Shown one piece after another: positions 1 to 19,260 of a DNA stretch of 64,000 nucleotides. The DNA lies in assembly GCA_964106645.2 (NCBI GenBank), contig OZ067050.1, one strand, 5' to 3'. The position numbers and the translations under genes are program-made. Position 1 is the first letter of the stretch. Each line of letters opens with the position of its first letter. The notes under the pieces are model-generated. The model saw nothing but the letters and a program-made list of their open reading frames with translations. It was not told the DNA's origin and did no database searches. Origin of the DNA: Podarcis pityusensis (lineage: Eukaryota).

Positions 1-293
1 TCCTCATGATTTCTGCAGCAAATCACCTCATATAAAAATAATCCCCTATACCACTTGAGTGCTGCAATCATACCCATGTCTACTCATAAGTAAGTCCCAT
101 TTAATTCAGTGGGGCTTACCCCCAAGCAAGTGGGCATAAACTTGCAGCCTTGGACTTTCCATTTGGATTCTAACAGTAGCTTCAAATTTGCCTTGGGACA
201 TCTGCACCCGCTTGGACTTGCGCTTCAGGCCCTCTTCCCCAGCCAAGTGGATTCTAGTGAGTCCCACACCCCAGTAACAAGTTCCATTGCCAC

Positions 294-2160
294 TCAGGAA
301 GTGTCAGGAGATTTCTTAGCCTGATGGATTGTCTCGTGCTGGTTACGGTTAGAGTTCTGACTGAAGCCCTTTCCGCACAGCCGACACTTGTAGGGCCTCT
401 CTCCCGTGTGGATTCGCTGGTGCTCAATGAGGACCGAGCTGCGCGTAAAACTCTTGCCACATTTCACACATGTGTAGGGCTTTTCTCCTGTGTGGGTAAT
501 GTGGTGCCGGATGAAATCCGTGCTGCGTGCAAAGCATTTCCCGCACTCTGGGCACCTGTAGGGCTTCTCCATCCTATGGCTTTTCTGATACTTCATCACC
601 ATCTTTGAGCTCCATGAGGAACTTCCCGCTGGAGACTGAGATCCAAGTCCAAGCTCAGCTCTTGCACCTTCATCAATTCTTTTCAGGCTTTTAGGCCCAC
701 GCCTCTGAATCTCTGTCCTTTGCCAAGTTGATCCCCAGTGTATTGGGTCGCTCCTTTTCTCCTTCCCATGAGTCCTCTCATGCTGCTTACAGTTGGAGCT
801 CTGGCTAAATCCTTGCCCACAGTGGCTGCATTTGTATGGCTTCTCACCTGTATGGATTCTCTGGTGCTCCAGGAGGATTGAACTCCGACTGAAGCTCTTC
901 CCACAGTCCAGGCACAGATAAGGCCTTTCTCCCGTGTGGGTCCTCTGGTGCCTCAAGAGGTCTGTGCTCCTGCGGTAATTTTTCCCGCAGTCGGGGCATT
1001 TGTAGGATTTTGTTTTGCCACACAAGGCCCACATAGGGTCCTTCAAGTCCCCTTTACAAAAAGTCGGCTGGTCTTTCGCAGAGCCTCCTTTCTGTAGCGC
1101 CTTATTTCCACTCCCGCTGGAGCTACTTGAGGAAATGGGGCGTGGCTGTGCACCATCTTCCTGTGGGTTTTCCACTTTGTTCTTGCTCTCTACAGGGAGA
1201 GACAGAATCCAGGCAGAATTTGCTCCATCTGCTGCAGACAGAAAAGAGGCTTGATCACCAAATTAAGCACTTGGTTTTGAAACAGAACCTAATCCACACA
1301 CATTCAGTGGCCAGATGGGGGGGCAGGTGTCAACCCGGGCACAATTTTGCACCCACTCTCCACCATGGTTCTGCTTGTGCACAGACTCTTCTCTGACTCT
1401 TAGGTAGTGTGAGGCAGAATAAGGCAGGAATGGAGAAGCTTTTGGCCCGCCAGATGCTACTGGACCACAACATCCACTATGCTTGACCATTGGCCATGTT
1501 GGCTGGGCTGATCGGAGTCCAATAACATCTGGCGGGGCACAGGTTTCCCCATCCCTGGGTTAAGCGCTGCAAGATGAGGAATCCCTCTGAAAAACATCTT
1601 GGGAAGAAAAAATGCACGGGAAGACAGTGTGATATCTACCACAAGAACCAAGAAGCTCCTGGGTTAAGAAATATGTAGGCTGCATCCATATGAAGAGAAA
1701 AACAGTGAAGGGTTTTCGTGGGGTTTGCAGTACGTAGTCTCCTAACCATGCCTACCCAGAATTAAGGCCTATGGAATTCAGTGGTGCTTACTTTCGGGTA
1801 AATGGGGTTAGGCTTGCAGTGTTACTCAGGAAACCTACTGCTGCAGTTTCATCTATCCCTTGCACGCACACAAACAAACACGAGTCCATCTCCCACTTTC
1901 TAACACATAGGCAGACATTTCAAGATCCAGACTTTAGACCTGGCTAAAAATGCTATTCTAGGGCAGATCCCTGGGTCAGGTTTAGCCCCGGTTTCCGAGC
2001 AAACCCTCCGTCCGTACCCCCCCACATGCTCACCTGGTGTTAGCACCAGGGCACTTCCAGCAGGGACGGGCAGGAGGAGGTACACGGAGCCGTCAGCAGG
2101 GCCTCCGAGCCACCGAGGGGGGCTGCGGGCAGGAACAGCCGAGGGAGCCCCTGCCGCCAT
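294..2160 (-). CDS. C2H2 zinc-finger protein, six fingers in two clusters of three, no KRAB or SCAN domain visible, about 340 aa
   Basis: Exons complement(2034..2160) and complement(294..1189) total 1023 nt. ATG at 2160 has a strong Kozak context (GCTATGG). Donor CCAG|GTGAGC and acceptor tctccctgtag| are both phase 1. Six CxxC-x12-HxxxH fingers with TGE[KR]PY linkers. The 896-nt finger exon is secure; the first exon is inferred. Confidence 0.85.
1440..1560. mobile_element. Short palindromic non-autonomous DNA element (hAT-like squamate MITE), degenerate
   Basis: ccagatgctactggaccacaacatcc...gagtccaataacatctgg...caggtttccccatccctg. Related copies lie at about 2470-2570, 7360-7430 and 11010-11150. 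Confidence 0.45.
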
Positions 2161-2296
2161 AGCAGGGGCAGCAAGCGGGCCGAGGGCGGCGCAAGGCGCG
2201 CGAGGGTCAGCCTGGACGAGCGCCACGCTTGTCGCGCACTTTCCCACTCAGCCGACGCAGCGCGAGGCGCGGTGAGGAAGAGGGCTGGCTCTGCGC

Positions 2297-2317
2297 GGCA
2301 TCCTGGGAGGCGTAGTT
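2297..2317 (-). promoter_or_regulatory. ZNF143 (SBS)-type motif in the zinc-finger gene promoter
   Basis: The minus strand reads AACTACGCCTCCCAGGATGCC, close to the ACTACA-N-TCCCAG-N-ATGC consensus, in a CpG-rich stretch just upstream of the first exon. Confidence 0.55.
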
Positions 2318-2659
2318 TCCCCAAGCGGGTGACATTTAAAAGAAAAGGTCTGGGTAGAAATAAAACCCTTTGATCCTGAGAGCAGAGGGAGGGCGAATCC
2401 TAGAGATGAAGGAGGGCGGAGGCAGCTATCATTTAGAACCGGTAAAGCGGTATAGCCAACGCGGTGCGCGCCAGATGCTGATAGACTCCAACTCCCATCA
2501 GCTTCAGCCATCATAGCCAATGGCAAGGGATGATGGGAATTGCAGTCCAACAACGTCTGGGAAGGGGTGACATGGGGGAAATGAATGGTACCTTCATTCG
2601 GGCAAGGCTTCGACCAAGAAAAGGGCAAGTGTAGGGCAGAGATTTGCTAAGGGATATCA

Positions 2660-3110
2660 TTATTCTTATTTAGTTATGAAATTTGTATACCGCCCTTCAT
2701 CCTTTAATCTCAGGGTGGTTCAAAACATAAAAATAGAAGATGAAGCACAAAATGTTTTACAAAAACGACAAGAAGACCACAAACTAATAACTCCCCCCCT
2801 CCCAACACATTTAAAAGGGTATAGGCCTGGTTGCCTTCGCCTGGCACCTAAAGGTGTATATAATGAAGGTGCCATTCGAACCACCTTGGGGAGGGCACTC
2901 CACAAACACAGAGCCACTGTAGAAAGGGCCCATTCTCATATTACTACTTTCTTCTGGAGGAGGCACACACAGAAGGGCATTGGAGGATGATTGCAGGGTG
3001 CTGTTGGGTGGTTCATATGGGGAGAGCCAGTCCTTGAGGTATTGTGGTCAGGAGCCATTTAAGGCTTTATAGGTCAAAACCAGTACTTTGAATGGGGCCT
3101 GGAAACTGCT
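2660..3110 (-). mobile_element. L2-like LINE 3' fragment
   Basis: Motifs tttgtataccgccc...gccttcgcctggcacctaaag...gggagggcactccaca...gccactgtagaaagggcc are shared with the fragments at about 18920, 25320 and 35320. The family assignment is from memory. Confidence 0.5.
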
Positions 3111-3509
3111 TCTGTTGGAAGCAGTTTCTGTCTGTGCCGAAACCTGGCTGAAACCCAGGTTGAAATGGATCTAGAAAATCAGTTTCCTCCCCCTGAGTTT
3201 TCTAACCCAAGCTAAGCTGACAATCCCTACCATGTCTACTCAGAAATAGGTCTAGGTGAATTCCATGTGGTAAATGGGGGTAAGGAATGCACCTTTACTC
3301 ATCACTACTACTTTCAGAGAGAGATGAGGGGGAATATGCATAGATCCTGGTCGGTCTGATTCCTTGGCTAAGATCATTCTGTCTTGGAGGCCTCCTTTGA
3401 CGCAGAAGCCTGCTTCTGAGCAGACATGCCTAGGAGTGTGGAGGGAATGAACTGGCAAGATGGTGAACACTTAATACCTCAACATTTTTTTTAAAAAATG
3501 AACACAAGT

Positions 3510-3710
3510 GTTTTTCCTCCAGGCGGATATTCCTCTTCTCCTAGGCCTTTGGCTAGTTAAACAATATATAGCCCTTTAAACTGTGTGTGTTGGAGGCAGT
3601 ATTATTTTGTTTGTTACTATGTTATGTATTTTTGTGTTTTTATGTTGTAAACCACCATGTGATCCTTGGATGAAGGGTGGTATAGAAATTTAATAAATAA
3701 TAATAACAAC
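3510..3710 (+). mobile_element. L2-like LINE 3' tail
   Basis: gttgtaaaccac...gatgaagggtggtatagaaatttaataaataataataa is the reverse complement of the end of the 2660 fragment, followed by a (TAA)n tail. Confidence 0.5.
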
Positions 3711-3765
3711 ATATTAAACTAGTCTTTATGTGTGTGTGCTGTTTTGCACTGCCTTACAACGAACT

Positions 3766-3840
3766 TATTCCTGCATTGCAGGGGGTTGGACTGGATGACC
3801 CTTGGGGGTCCCTTCCAGCTCTATAATTCTATAATTCTAA
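3766..3840 (+). mobile_element. CR1-type 3' tail (SINE or LINE fragment)
   Basis: ggggttggactggatgacc...ggtcccttccagctctataattctataattcta is a CR1-like terminal motif with (ATTCTRTR)n, the same tail as the copies at 7430 and 59857. Confidence 0.6.
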
Positions 3841-3949
3841 CAATACAGATTAATCTCCCTCAAAAACCGCGTGTATGACGAAACGACCTCCCTAAAGGAA
3901 GGAACCAAGGAAACTACTATTCTTTATTCCATCGCATCCAACTGGAAAA

Positions 3950-5250
3950 TGGAAACACGGCTTCTTTAAAGCCTGAATTTCTGGTCTTCCCCTCAAATGG
4001 CGGCGTCTTAAACGGCGCCAACCAGACTCTGCCCTCACCCAAAATGGCTACCGCCCTGTATGTTTTCCTTCCTATTTTCTTCTCATTCCCTGCCCTTTCT
4101 TGAGATGGCGGGCCTGCTGACTTCAACGGCGCAGACGCCTTTTAGCGAAGAAGGCGGTCGCACCGCTTCCTTTTGCAACACAAACTCAAAAAAGTCTACG
4201 ACCAACTTTTTTTGTTGTTGCCCTGAACAGCGATGGCGGCGCTGTAGCTACCAGACGCCGGTAAAGAAACCGCGCGCCTATTGGTTGGGACCATTAACAA
4301 GACGCATGGCCATTGGGTGGGCTGCATGTGGAGACGGCTCGGGCACTGTCCAGCGGCTGCTTGGAGAAGGGCGAGGGGAGGAGGAAGAGGGCGAGCTGGT
4401 GAGTTGGAGAGAGGAGGCGGTAAAGGCGGGGTCGAGCGTGCGGAGTAGTTTTATTTATTTTATTTTTTTCAAATTGAGATGCGGGTGCTTATCAGTTTGT
4501 TTGCCTGAGGCAGGCGAGAAGCCCGAGGAAGGGAGGGCGGCGGCGGCGGAGGTGAGACCTGGATGGGGCGGGCGAGGGGGGCGCCGCTCCCGGGTGGGGT
4601 GGCCGGCCGGTGTCGGGTCGGGCGCGCCTGGCGGATTGCGGGGCGAAGGAGGAGGCGGGGAGGGGGCAACTTGTGGGGAGGATCGAGAGGGGGTGGAAGG
4701 AGCAAAAGGCCACCATGTGGGGGGCAGATATTTGGGGCGGGGGGACCCCCATGAAGTTGGATGTTTTTTGTGGGGTGGGGAGGGGAAGGGCGGAAGGATC
4801 TGGAGGAAGCGGCTGAGGAGTCGGAGGTGGGCACCGTCCAGCCCCACACCTCACCCGGCTGTCAGGGGTGCGCGGAGGGACTGTCCACCCGGCGCCTCCT
4901 CTGCCTGGTGCTGCCGCTCTCCCTCGGAGGAAAGAGGAGCAGCCTCCGCCTCTACTCGCCTTGCCTTTCCTCCCGCCAGGGAGCGGTGCTGATCCTGCCT
5001 AGGGCAGAGCACCGGGCGCGGGGGGTGGGGGTGGGGCTGGATGAGGAGCCGACAGGTAATCGGAGGCAAGCTCTTCCTCCCCACACCGCCGCCTCCTCTG
5101 GAGGTCAGTGAGGGAGGAATCGGCGGGAGAGCTAAAGGGGACGGATCTTGAAGCGCTGGGGATAGTTAGGAGGCGACCCCCAAGAGAAAGAGGGGCCTGA
5201 CGGTGCCCGTGCTTACCTGTGTGTGGGGTGAGCCTAGGCTGCGAAGCAGG
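3950..5250 (+). promoter_or_regulatory. PRR14: PRR14 CpG-island promoter with non-coding exon 1 (ends 4551) and exon 2 (4980..5055)
   Basis: CpG-dense. YY1-like ATGGC motifs at about 3994, 4041, 4102 and 4231; inverted CCAAT boxes at about 4280 and 4312. Donor GAG|GTGAGA at 4551, acceptor ctttcctcccgccag| at 4979, donor CAG|GTAATC at 5055. Confidence 0.7.
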
Positions 5251-7429
5251 ACTTGGGGGGGAGGGGGAGGGATCCTGAATAGACGGCAGACCCCTTTCCT
5301 CCAGCATCCTAGAATTGCCACTGAAATCCAGTTCTGGGAGGGATCATTGGGTCAGGTGCAACCCTGGGTTATGGTTTCCCTTTTTCCACATGCCGCACAT
5401 GCTCACCTTTTGTATGCACCAAGGGTCCATCGCCAGGGATGGTGAGAGGCAGGAGCAGATGGAATGATGTCTCCACTTCCGTAGGTTTTTAATATGCGTT
5501 TGTGTGTGTGGTTATCAAAGGGTGTGGCATGAGGGGATGACAAGTGTGGCAGGAAGAGTCAAGGACAGTCAATATTATATTTTGGCAATGATTCATATTC
5601 TTATGTAGATGCATTGTTTTATACTTTCTGGATGCCCCATGCTCGTATTATTTCATAATTCAAATAATACACAATACAAATAATCGATAATAATAAACCA
5701 AACAGGGTATACAGAAGCTCAAATAAAACTATTCTTTTGGTATATCCATTTTTGCTAGTTGTTTTGGGCATACAAATTGCATTGTAGTTATTTTTCCAGT
5801 TTCTGACATTTCTACTTCTACTCTTCCCTGGTAAAATTTTACAAAATCTCTGGCAATTCTTCACATTTGTGTTCCTTTTCCATGTTTTAGATGGAACAGA
5901 ATGATTTAGTTCAAAATTGTTTTAATACCTCTTGTCAGTTGTTTCAAGTTAATGTGTTTTGTAACAGAGTAGTGCTTAATTTCCATGAAAACATTTTTTT
6001 GGTGCAAAAACATTGCAATTAATTTATTTTAAATGAATTTGCTGTAATACAAAAAAGAGAGTCAGGTTATTATGGTTTAATTCTGCAAATACCCTTCATT
6101 GGAGAGCCTAGACCCCTGTGATGTTAGTAATATAATTTTAATTACCATCTGCTATGATAAAAATTGTTTGAAAAATTATAAGTTACAGTAGTATTTCAGC
6201 ATTCCTCCCTCAGTTTTTACAGTTCCATGTATGCTTAGTAAATTTTCCCCATCAAACCCAAAACCCTTCTGAAGACTATTGACTTTTAACCTTTCTACTT
6301 GTCGGAAACCCCAATAAAACCCCTTTTGAGGGGAAATGTTCAGTTCTCTTTGAAGTCAGTCCAGGCTGCTTTGATGTTCAATGCCCATATTCATGGCCTC
6401 ACTTGCAGGTATCTGCCATTTAGGCTGTCAGATCAACAATGCTAGCCGCTAATGGTTTTATTTTTGCATCCCATTTTGAAGCAAATCCTCATGTATTTTA
6501 GCTATGCTTTGATTAATTTCAGTCAGGAGGTCTTGTCCTTCTCTGGATAGTTTTAAGGCTTTTGGAACCAAGCTGGGACCTATAGTTTCTTTTTCAGTTA
6601 AGGTATCCTTTACCCTCATTCTCTGATAGTGAAGTAGCTTTCTTTCTTGTTCAGAGCCATGGCACTTTTGCATTCCTTGTTATCTTTGCTGATCAAGTTT
6701 TGAGGAGGATCGTTGATTACACTGTACCTCTATGTCCAACGGACAGAACTCCCATCTTTGCCTGCCATCTTTGGCAGTGGCATCACCCCCACCAATCTTC
6801 TTCTATAGTTAAGGAGACCCAGGGAATAATTATGCTGCAAAACAGGAAATTGGATAAGTGGATTTTTAAAACCCTCATAAATGCTGCTAATACCTAATAA
6901 ATATTAAAATACCGACTCCTGGGAGGAAAATATTTGGATGGCAGAGATCACAGTGTCTTTGCTGAAGGGAGCAGCTGTTCCAGGCTGGTTAGTCCAGGAC
7001 TCTACTGAGAAAATATGGTCTGAAACAGCCTGATATTGCCACTGGCAGTAGCCTCAGCAAAATCACCTATCCTCTGCTCACTTGGCTGCTTGCCTCTTAT
7101 TTGTTTCATCTTGCCATGACTTGGGACGCTTTTGTTGGCTTGAGTTTTATCACCCAGCATTACTCGGCATTTCCTACCCTTCCTCCCACAGTCTTGCTGG
7201 ACCTCTTCTTGCCAGGGGTAACTTTTGAGAATAATCCCTAATGAGATGTCAAATGTGAGGAAGGTCACAAACAAGACAAATGTCTGAGCAAGGCTCCTGT
7301 CATGTGCGGAAATGTAAATCCACTAAAACGTTGGTCTGCCTTTAGTGTGTATCTGTGTTGCAGAGTTGGGCAACCCATGTCCCTGAACATGATGTTGGAC
7401 TCCCAACTGCCATTAGCTCTTGCCACCAA

Positions 7430-7550
7430 GGGCAGTTGGTAGAGTAGGAGACTCTTAATCTCAGGGTTGTGGGTTTGAGCCCCACGTTGGGCAAAAAGAT
7501 TCCTCCATCACAGGAGGTTAGACTAGATGATGCCTGTGGCCCCTTCCAGT
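7430..7550 (+). mobile_element. tRNA-Lys-derived SINE with CR1-like tail
   Basis: cagttggtagagtaggagactcttaatctcagggttgtgggtttgagccccacgttgggc is a decayed tRNA-Lys(CTT), followed by gttagactagatga...cccttcca. Confidence 0.7.
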
Positions 7551-8510
7551 TACAGGTCTATGTACTGTAGACCAACACCAGTGCAGGGCAACATGTTCCC
7601 CCTTCCTGTTGAGCCCTTTTAAAAGCCGTGGAGTGTGCTTTCTAGCTTGGATTTCCTTCTGCCTTGTTTGCTGTAGTACATACCTTTGTGGTGCTTCTGT
7701 TTCTAGCCCCCACCTTTAATTTGCTGTCCCCCATTTGGCAAGTGCCTGCTTGGTTTTGCCCATTTCCCTGGGTGGAGGGATCTGCAGAAGCAACACACTG
7801 TCTCCCACTGAGAAGTTTTCCCTTCCTAGCTGAGCTTCTAGTCTTGTAGCCCTGGAGAATCTCTGTGAAGGAAGGGCGTTTTTTTAGTTGTTGCCAAGGT
7901 GCTATTTGCATTGCTCCTAATGATTTATAATTACCTTCTCTGAGGGGAAACCTAATAAGCTCTCCTGCTGGCCTCTGTGTCTTGTTCAGTACCATTGGAG
8001 GGATGCATGTTTGAGCCTGCTGGTCCTTCAGAAAGGAGGGGGTGGCATTGCTAAGAGGTTTTTAGTCAGGCTGTGTACTCCCCTGACCCACATAGGGTTC
8101 AATGCTTACACACGCTTAGCTGGGAGGAAGTCCTATTGAACCCAGGGGAGAGAGGTCTACTTCTGAGTAGACAAGAACAGGAGTGCCCTCTTAACCATCC
8201 TTTGCTTAGTTCGGTAGTAAATGCGAAGTTTTCTCCAGCTAGTAAAGAGAATTGTGATTTGTCATCCGTGCAGAAGGTTTTGACAATCTGGGTGTGGTGT
8301 TACACATTCCAGGTTAATCCGGATTAAAGTAGCATTTGGCTTTAAAAGGCAGAACTATATCTGGGGACCATGGGAATGCAGTCATTTTAATTCTGGTTTT
8401 TTCCTTTTCTGAAGCAGAGAAGTGAGGAATGAAGACCCTGTGGGCTGTTCTGGGGCGGCCACCTTCCTGATGCCAGGAAGGGGTGGGGTGTCTCCCTTCT
8501 GAGACAGGCC

Positions 8511-15839
<7,329 letters not shown>

Positions 15840-16712
15840 GATCTGAGCAGAGGCTAGAGGGAAGGGCAGCACCCCGAGGAGCCCAGGACCACTTCCTCTG
15901 TTTAACTAGCAAAAGAGGTTGCTGGTGTTGTTGTTTTTTAAAAAAACTCTACCAAAGTCACCAATACCACTCCAAGTTTCTCCTGTGGTGCTGTTTATTC
16001 TCCAGTTCCCCATCAAACCAGCCTTCTGTGCCTTGCCTCCTCCTCCTCCCTTGATCAGTCTCCGAGCCACAAGCTCTGCTGCTTTGAAAATAGTGCCTGG
16101 GTGCCTATCTGTGCCACCTGGCCCAGCCAACATGCTGCCTGCTCTGGCACCGCACGAGTCCCCATTTGCTTGGCTCTTTGGCTCGCAAGTGGAAGGGGAA
16201 GAATGTTTGTGGTGCCCCAGAGTTGCCCGCCCTCTGCACCCTCCTGCGCCCAGTCAGACCACCAGTGCCGCGCATGGGAGGAGCACCTAGTGCCCAGCGC
16301 TGTTGTGCCTTCTGTGAGAGACTTAGGCCAGCAAGGGATGGGCCTAGCCAAGTGAGGGCCTAGTTGCCTTTTCTGGAGCGGCCACCGCCATCAAACCAAA
16401 TAGGAATGCAGAACCGACGTGCCTGTTGGATGGGAAGGAGAAAGAAAAAAGGGACTGTGTGAAAGAATCAGCAGGAGCAGGTTTTTGTTATGGCACAGGG
16501 GATGATGTGGCAGAAGAGACGATGTAGCAATAGGCTGGGCAATGGGGACGTGTCCATCTGTTTAAGCACAGACAGTGGATGGGCGGCTGGGAATCCTGAG
16601 AGAATGCCTTTGCATCTCTGGATCAAGGCCTCTGGGTGTTCCTAGCTTGGATCAACTGTTTTGTTAGGAATGATGTGTTTTTGGTTTTCATTTTTTATTA
16701 ATCTATATTTCT

Positions 16713-16718
16713 AATAAA
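16713..16718 (+). terminator. PRR14: Probable PRR14 polyadenylation signal
   Basis: AATAAA about 870 nt after the stop codon, preceded by a U-rich tract. Confidence 0.65.
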
Positions 16719-18919
16719 CTTTGTATCTTGGGGGGAGGAAAAAACCACATATTGCCAGTTGCTCCTTAACTGGCCTTGGTGGGACCCTGAATGCAGCTTT
16801 AAGGGAGACCGCAATAGATAATTTTGCCTTGGAACAAGGGCATAGCGACCACAAAATGAAAATCCATAGCAAGCAGTGGATCATATATCATTGCCACACT
16901 AAATTAATTTCCCCAGTCAATGTTGCCTTCTACCAGGAATGGTGGTAGGTGTATTGGCTATGGCAAAAAGCTAAGTTGTTGTGATGCGGGATCAAATGGC
17001 AAGAAAGAAGTCAAGCGAACTGTACCCGGTTGTACTAAAATTGTACATGTATAAGAGGCTATAAGAAATAACAAAATATGTGGATTTGTGTAGTCTGCCG
17101 TGCATTTTGTGCAAATTCAGTAGCTATGCTCAGTTTAAAATCTGTTTTGAGGTGGTACGTTCACCTTCAAAACTACCATAGTCTAGAGTTGACATTGGTG
17201 AAATTCACTCTGTCATTTGTTACAGGAAAAGACAGTGTGTCTGATTGATTCCTCATGGTTAGTATTGCAACAGTAACATCTCATTTTATCAAATTAACAG
17301 GTTTTGCGTGGGAGTGGAGACATTTCCATCCTATTCACTCTTGCAGGCCTTTCTTTGGTCCGTTTGTCTACTGGAAAATGCCTTTTCTTGTTAGTTAACT
17401 ACTTAGGATTTATTGAGCAGCTTTTATCCCAGTACAGTAGGCTCTGGTCAAAGTTTGCAAGACTCTGAAGCCCTGACAAAAGTTCTGCTGCTCCACATGT
17501 GCATCAGGAGAAAGGTCCCCCTGGCTATAGTTATGTAAACTGCTTAGAGGTTTTGATGCTATATAAAACTTGTTAAATAAACATGGTACACCTTCCCTCC
17601 ATACTGTTGTGGATGAAACAAACTCTTTCTTCAAGGCTTAGGTTTGGCTACGTTCATTCTGTACTTTTGCTTCTGTTCAGTATTTTTTTATTACCTTTGC
17701 TACAGGGTCATCTGGCAGGCCTTGCCGTCAGGTGCTTTGCTGGGTGGGGATGGTTGCATTTTTCGCTAACCTTGCTCCGCTGTGTATCTCAGACTTCTCT
17801 TCCTCTCAGTCCGGCCTGCTTTTATTAATTTACAGGTTTTAATATTGCACAGTATACAAAGGACCTGGGCTGTGAACATACCCATAAAAGAGCACACAAA
17901 ACTTATGCCAACATCTGGATGGTGATACGCAATAAATTATTGGCTGAACAATGCATTGGAGAAGCAAGCAGAAGAGGCTTAAGTGGGCATCTGAAACAAA
18001 GTACTTGTGGTGTTTGCTTCATGGTAATAGGGAGTTACAGAACCTAGGTGCAGACACATTAAATGCCCTCTTGTAGAAGAAACAAGGCAAGCAGAATGTG
18101 GCACTCTTAGTAGTCCCAGCTGCTGGACCAAACCCAATCAAAGCCTTGCCTAGGATGCATCACTGTATTGTATAATGTTGAGCTTACAAACATCTGACAC
18201 ACAGTGGCCAAGCTATCCCAATCCAGGAATTGTCCTCCCAGACAAAGGTTTATAGATTGAGTTCCTGGCCATTGAGACCAAACGGATCCAGGAGCACCTT
18301 CAAGATGCAAACCACCCAAGGGAGAGTCTGGAACAGACAATTTGCCTCCTGGACTTGGGAACCACTCAACCATAGTCCTTGGTCTTACTGTGATTATTCA
18401 GCCCACTGGTCCAGGGTGTGTACAGCCTAACCTGAATCAGATGTATAAAATAAGTAGAGCGGAATGTTGGCATACTGATGACATCCTGTCCCAAAATTCC
18501 TAGCAACTTTATGGTAAAAAGACATTGGTGATAAAGTGGTGCCTTGTGGTGCACCATAATGTAAAACCACTGTGGCACCAATGAGTATCTTTTCAATTGC
18601 TACTCTCTGGACCTAAACCTGCAGATAGGATCAGAACCACTGCAGTGCAGTGCCTCTGATACCCAGCTCACAAGAGTTGGTCCAGGAGAATGCCATGGTC
18701 AGTGATATAAAAAGCCACCAAGAGCTTCAGAGGAAGGAGAATGGTTATACTCCCTGTGCCTTGCTCTCAGTAGAAGTCCTCCATCGGGGCCACCAAGGCT
18801 GATTCAGTCTCATAATGGGAAACTGAATTCCTCTTATGGGAGCGAATTCCATAGTTTATGTGCTGTGTGAAGAACTATTTCCATTTGTCCATCATCATCA
18901 TTGTTTGGTGACTTTGTTA

Positions 18920-19260
18920 ATTGCTTTATCTTGCCCAGGGCAACTCAAAGCAGCTTCCAACCAAACAGACAGAAGACCCTACATACATTAAAACCAAGAG
19001 GAAAAGAGAATACATTAAAAACACCCCATCCACTTCTAAAAGGCCACAGATAGTTAAAAGGCCAAAGGCCTGGTTATAGAGGAAAGTTTTTTCCTGTTGC
19101 CTGAACATATGTAAGGAAGGTGCCAAGCAAGCCTCCCTGAGGAGAGCATTCCACAAATGGGGAACCACTGTAAAAAAGGCCCATTCTTGTGTTGCCACCC
19201 TCTGGACCTCTTGTGCAGAAGACATACAAATAAGGGCTTCAGTGACTGCAGGGTCTGAGA
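18920..19260 (-). mobile_element. L2-like LINE 3' fragment
   Basis: The minus-strand translation AFFTVVPHLWNALLREACLAPSLHMFRQQEKTFLY resembles the L2 ORF2 C-terminus (AFSxxAPxLWNxLP). More decayed LINE sequence probably lies at about 17830-18830. Confidence 0.6.

Noticed and set aside
294-2160. Naming the zinc-finger gene after a syntenic human gene such as ZNF689
   Set aside because: No KRAB domain and no recognisable finger fingerprint; synteny alone is not enough.
4060-4992. 310-aa ORF and overlapping ORFs in the PRR14 CpG island
   Set aside because: GC-rich, stop-poor promoter sequence that crosses splice sites and has no recognisable domain.
5600-7010. Minus-strand ORFs in PRR14 intron 2 as a nested gene
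   Set aside because: Short AT-rich fragments with no splice logic; possibly old L1-like debris, but I cannot support a family call.
7430-7492. tRNA-Lys(CTT) gene
   Set aside because: The 5' acceptor stem is missing, the T-loop is mutated (GGTTTGAG) and it runs into a CR1-type tail, so it is a SINE.
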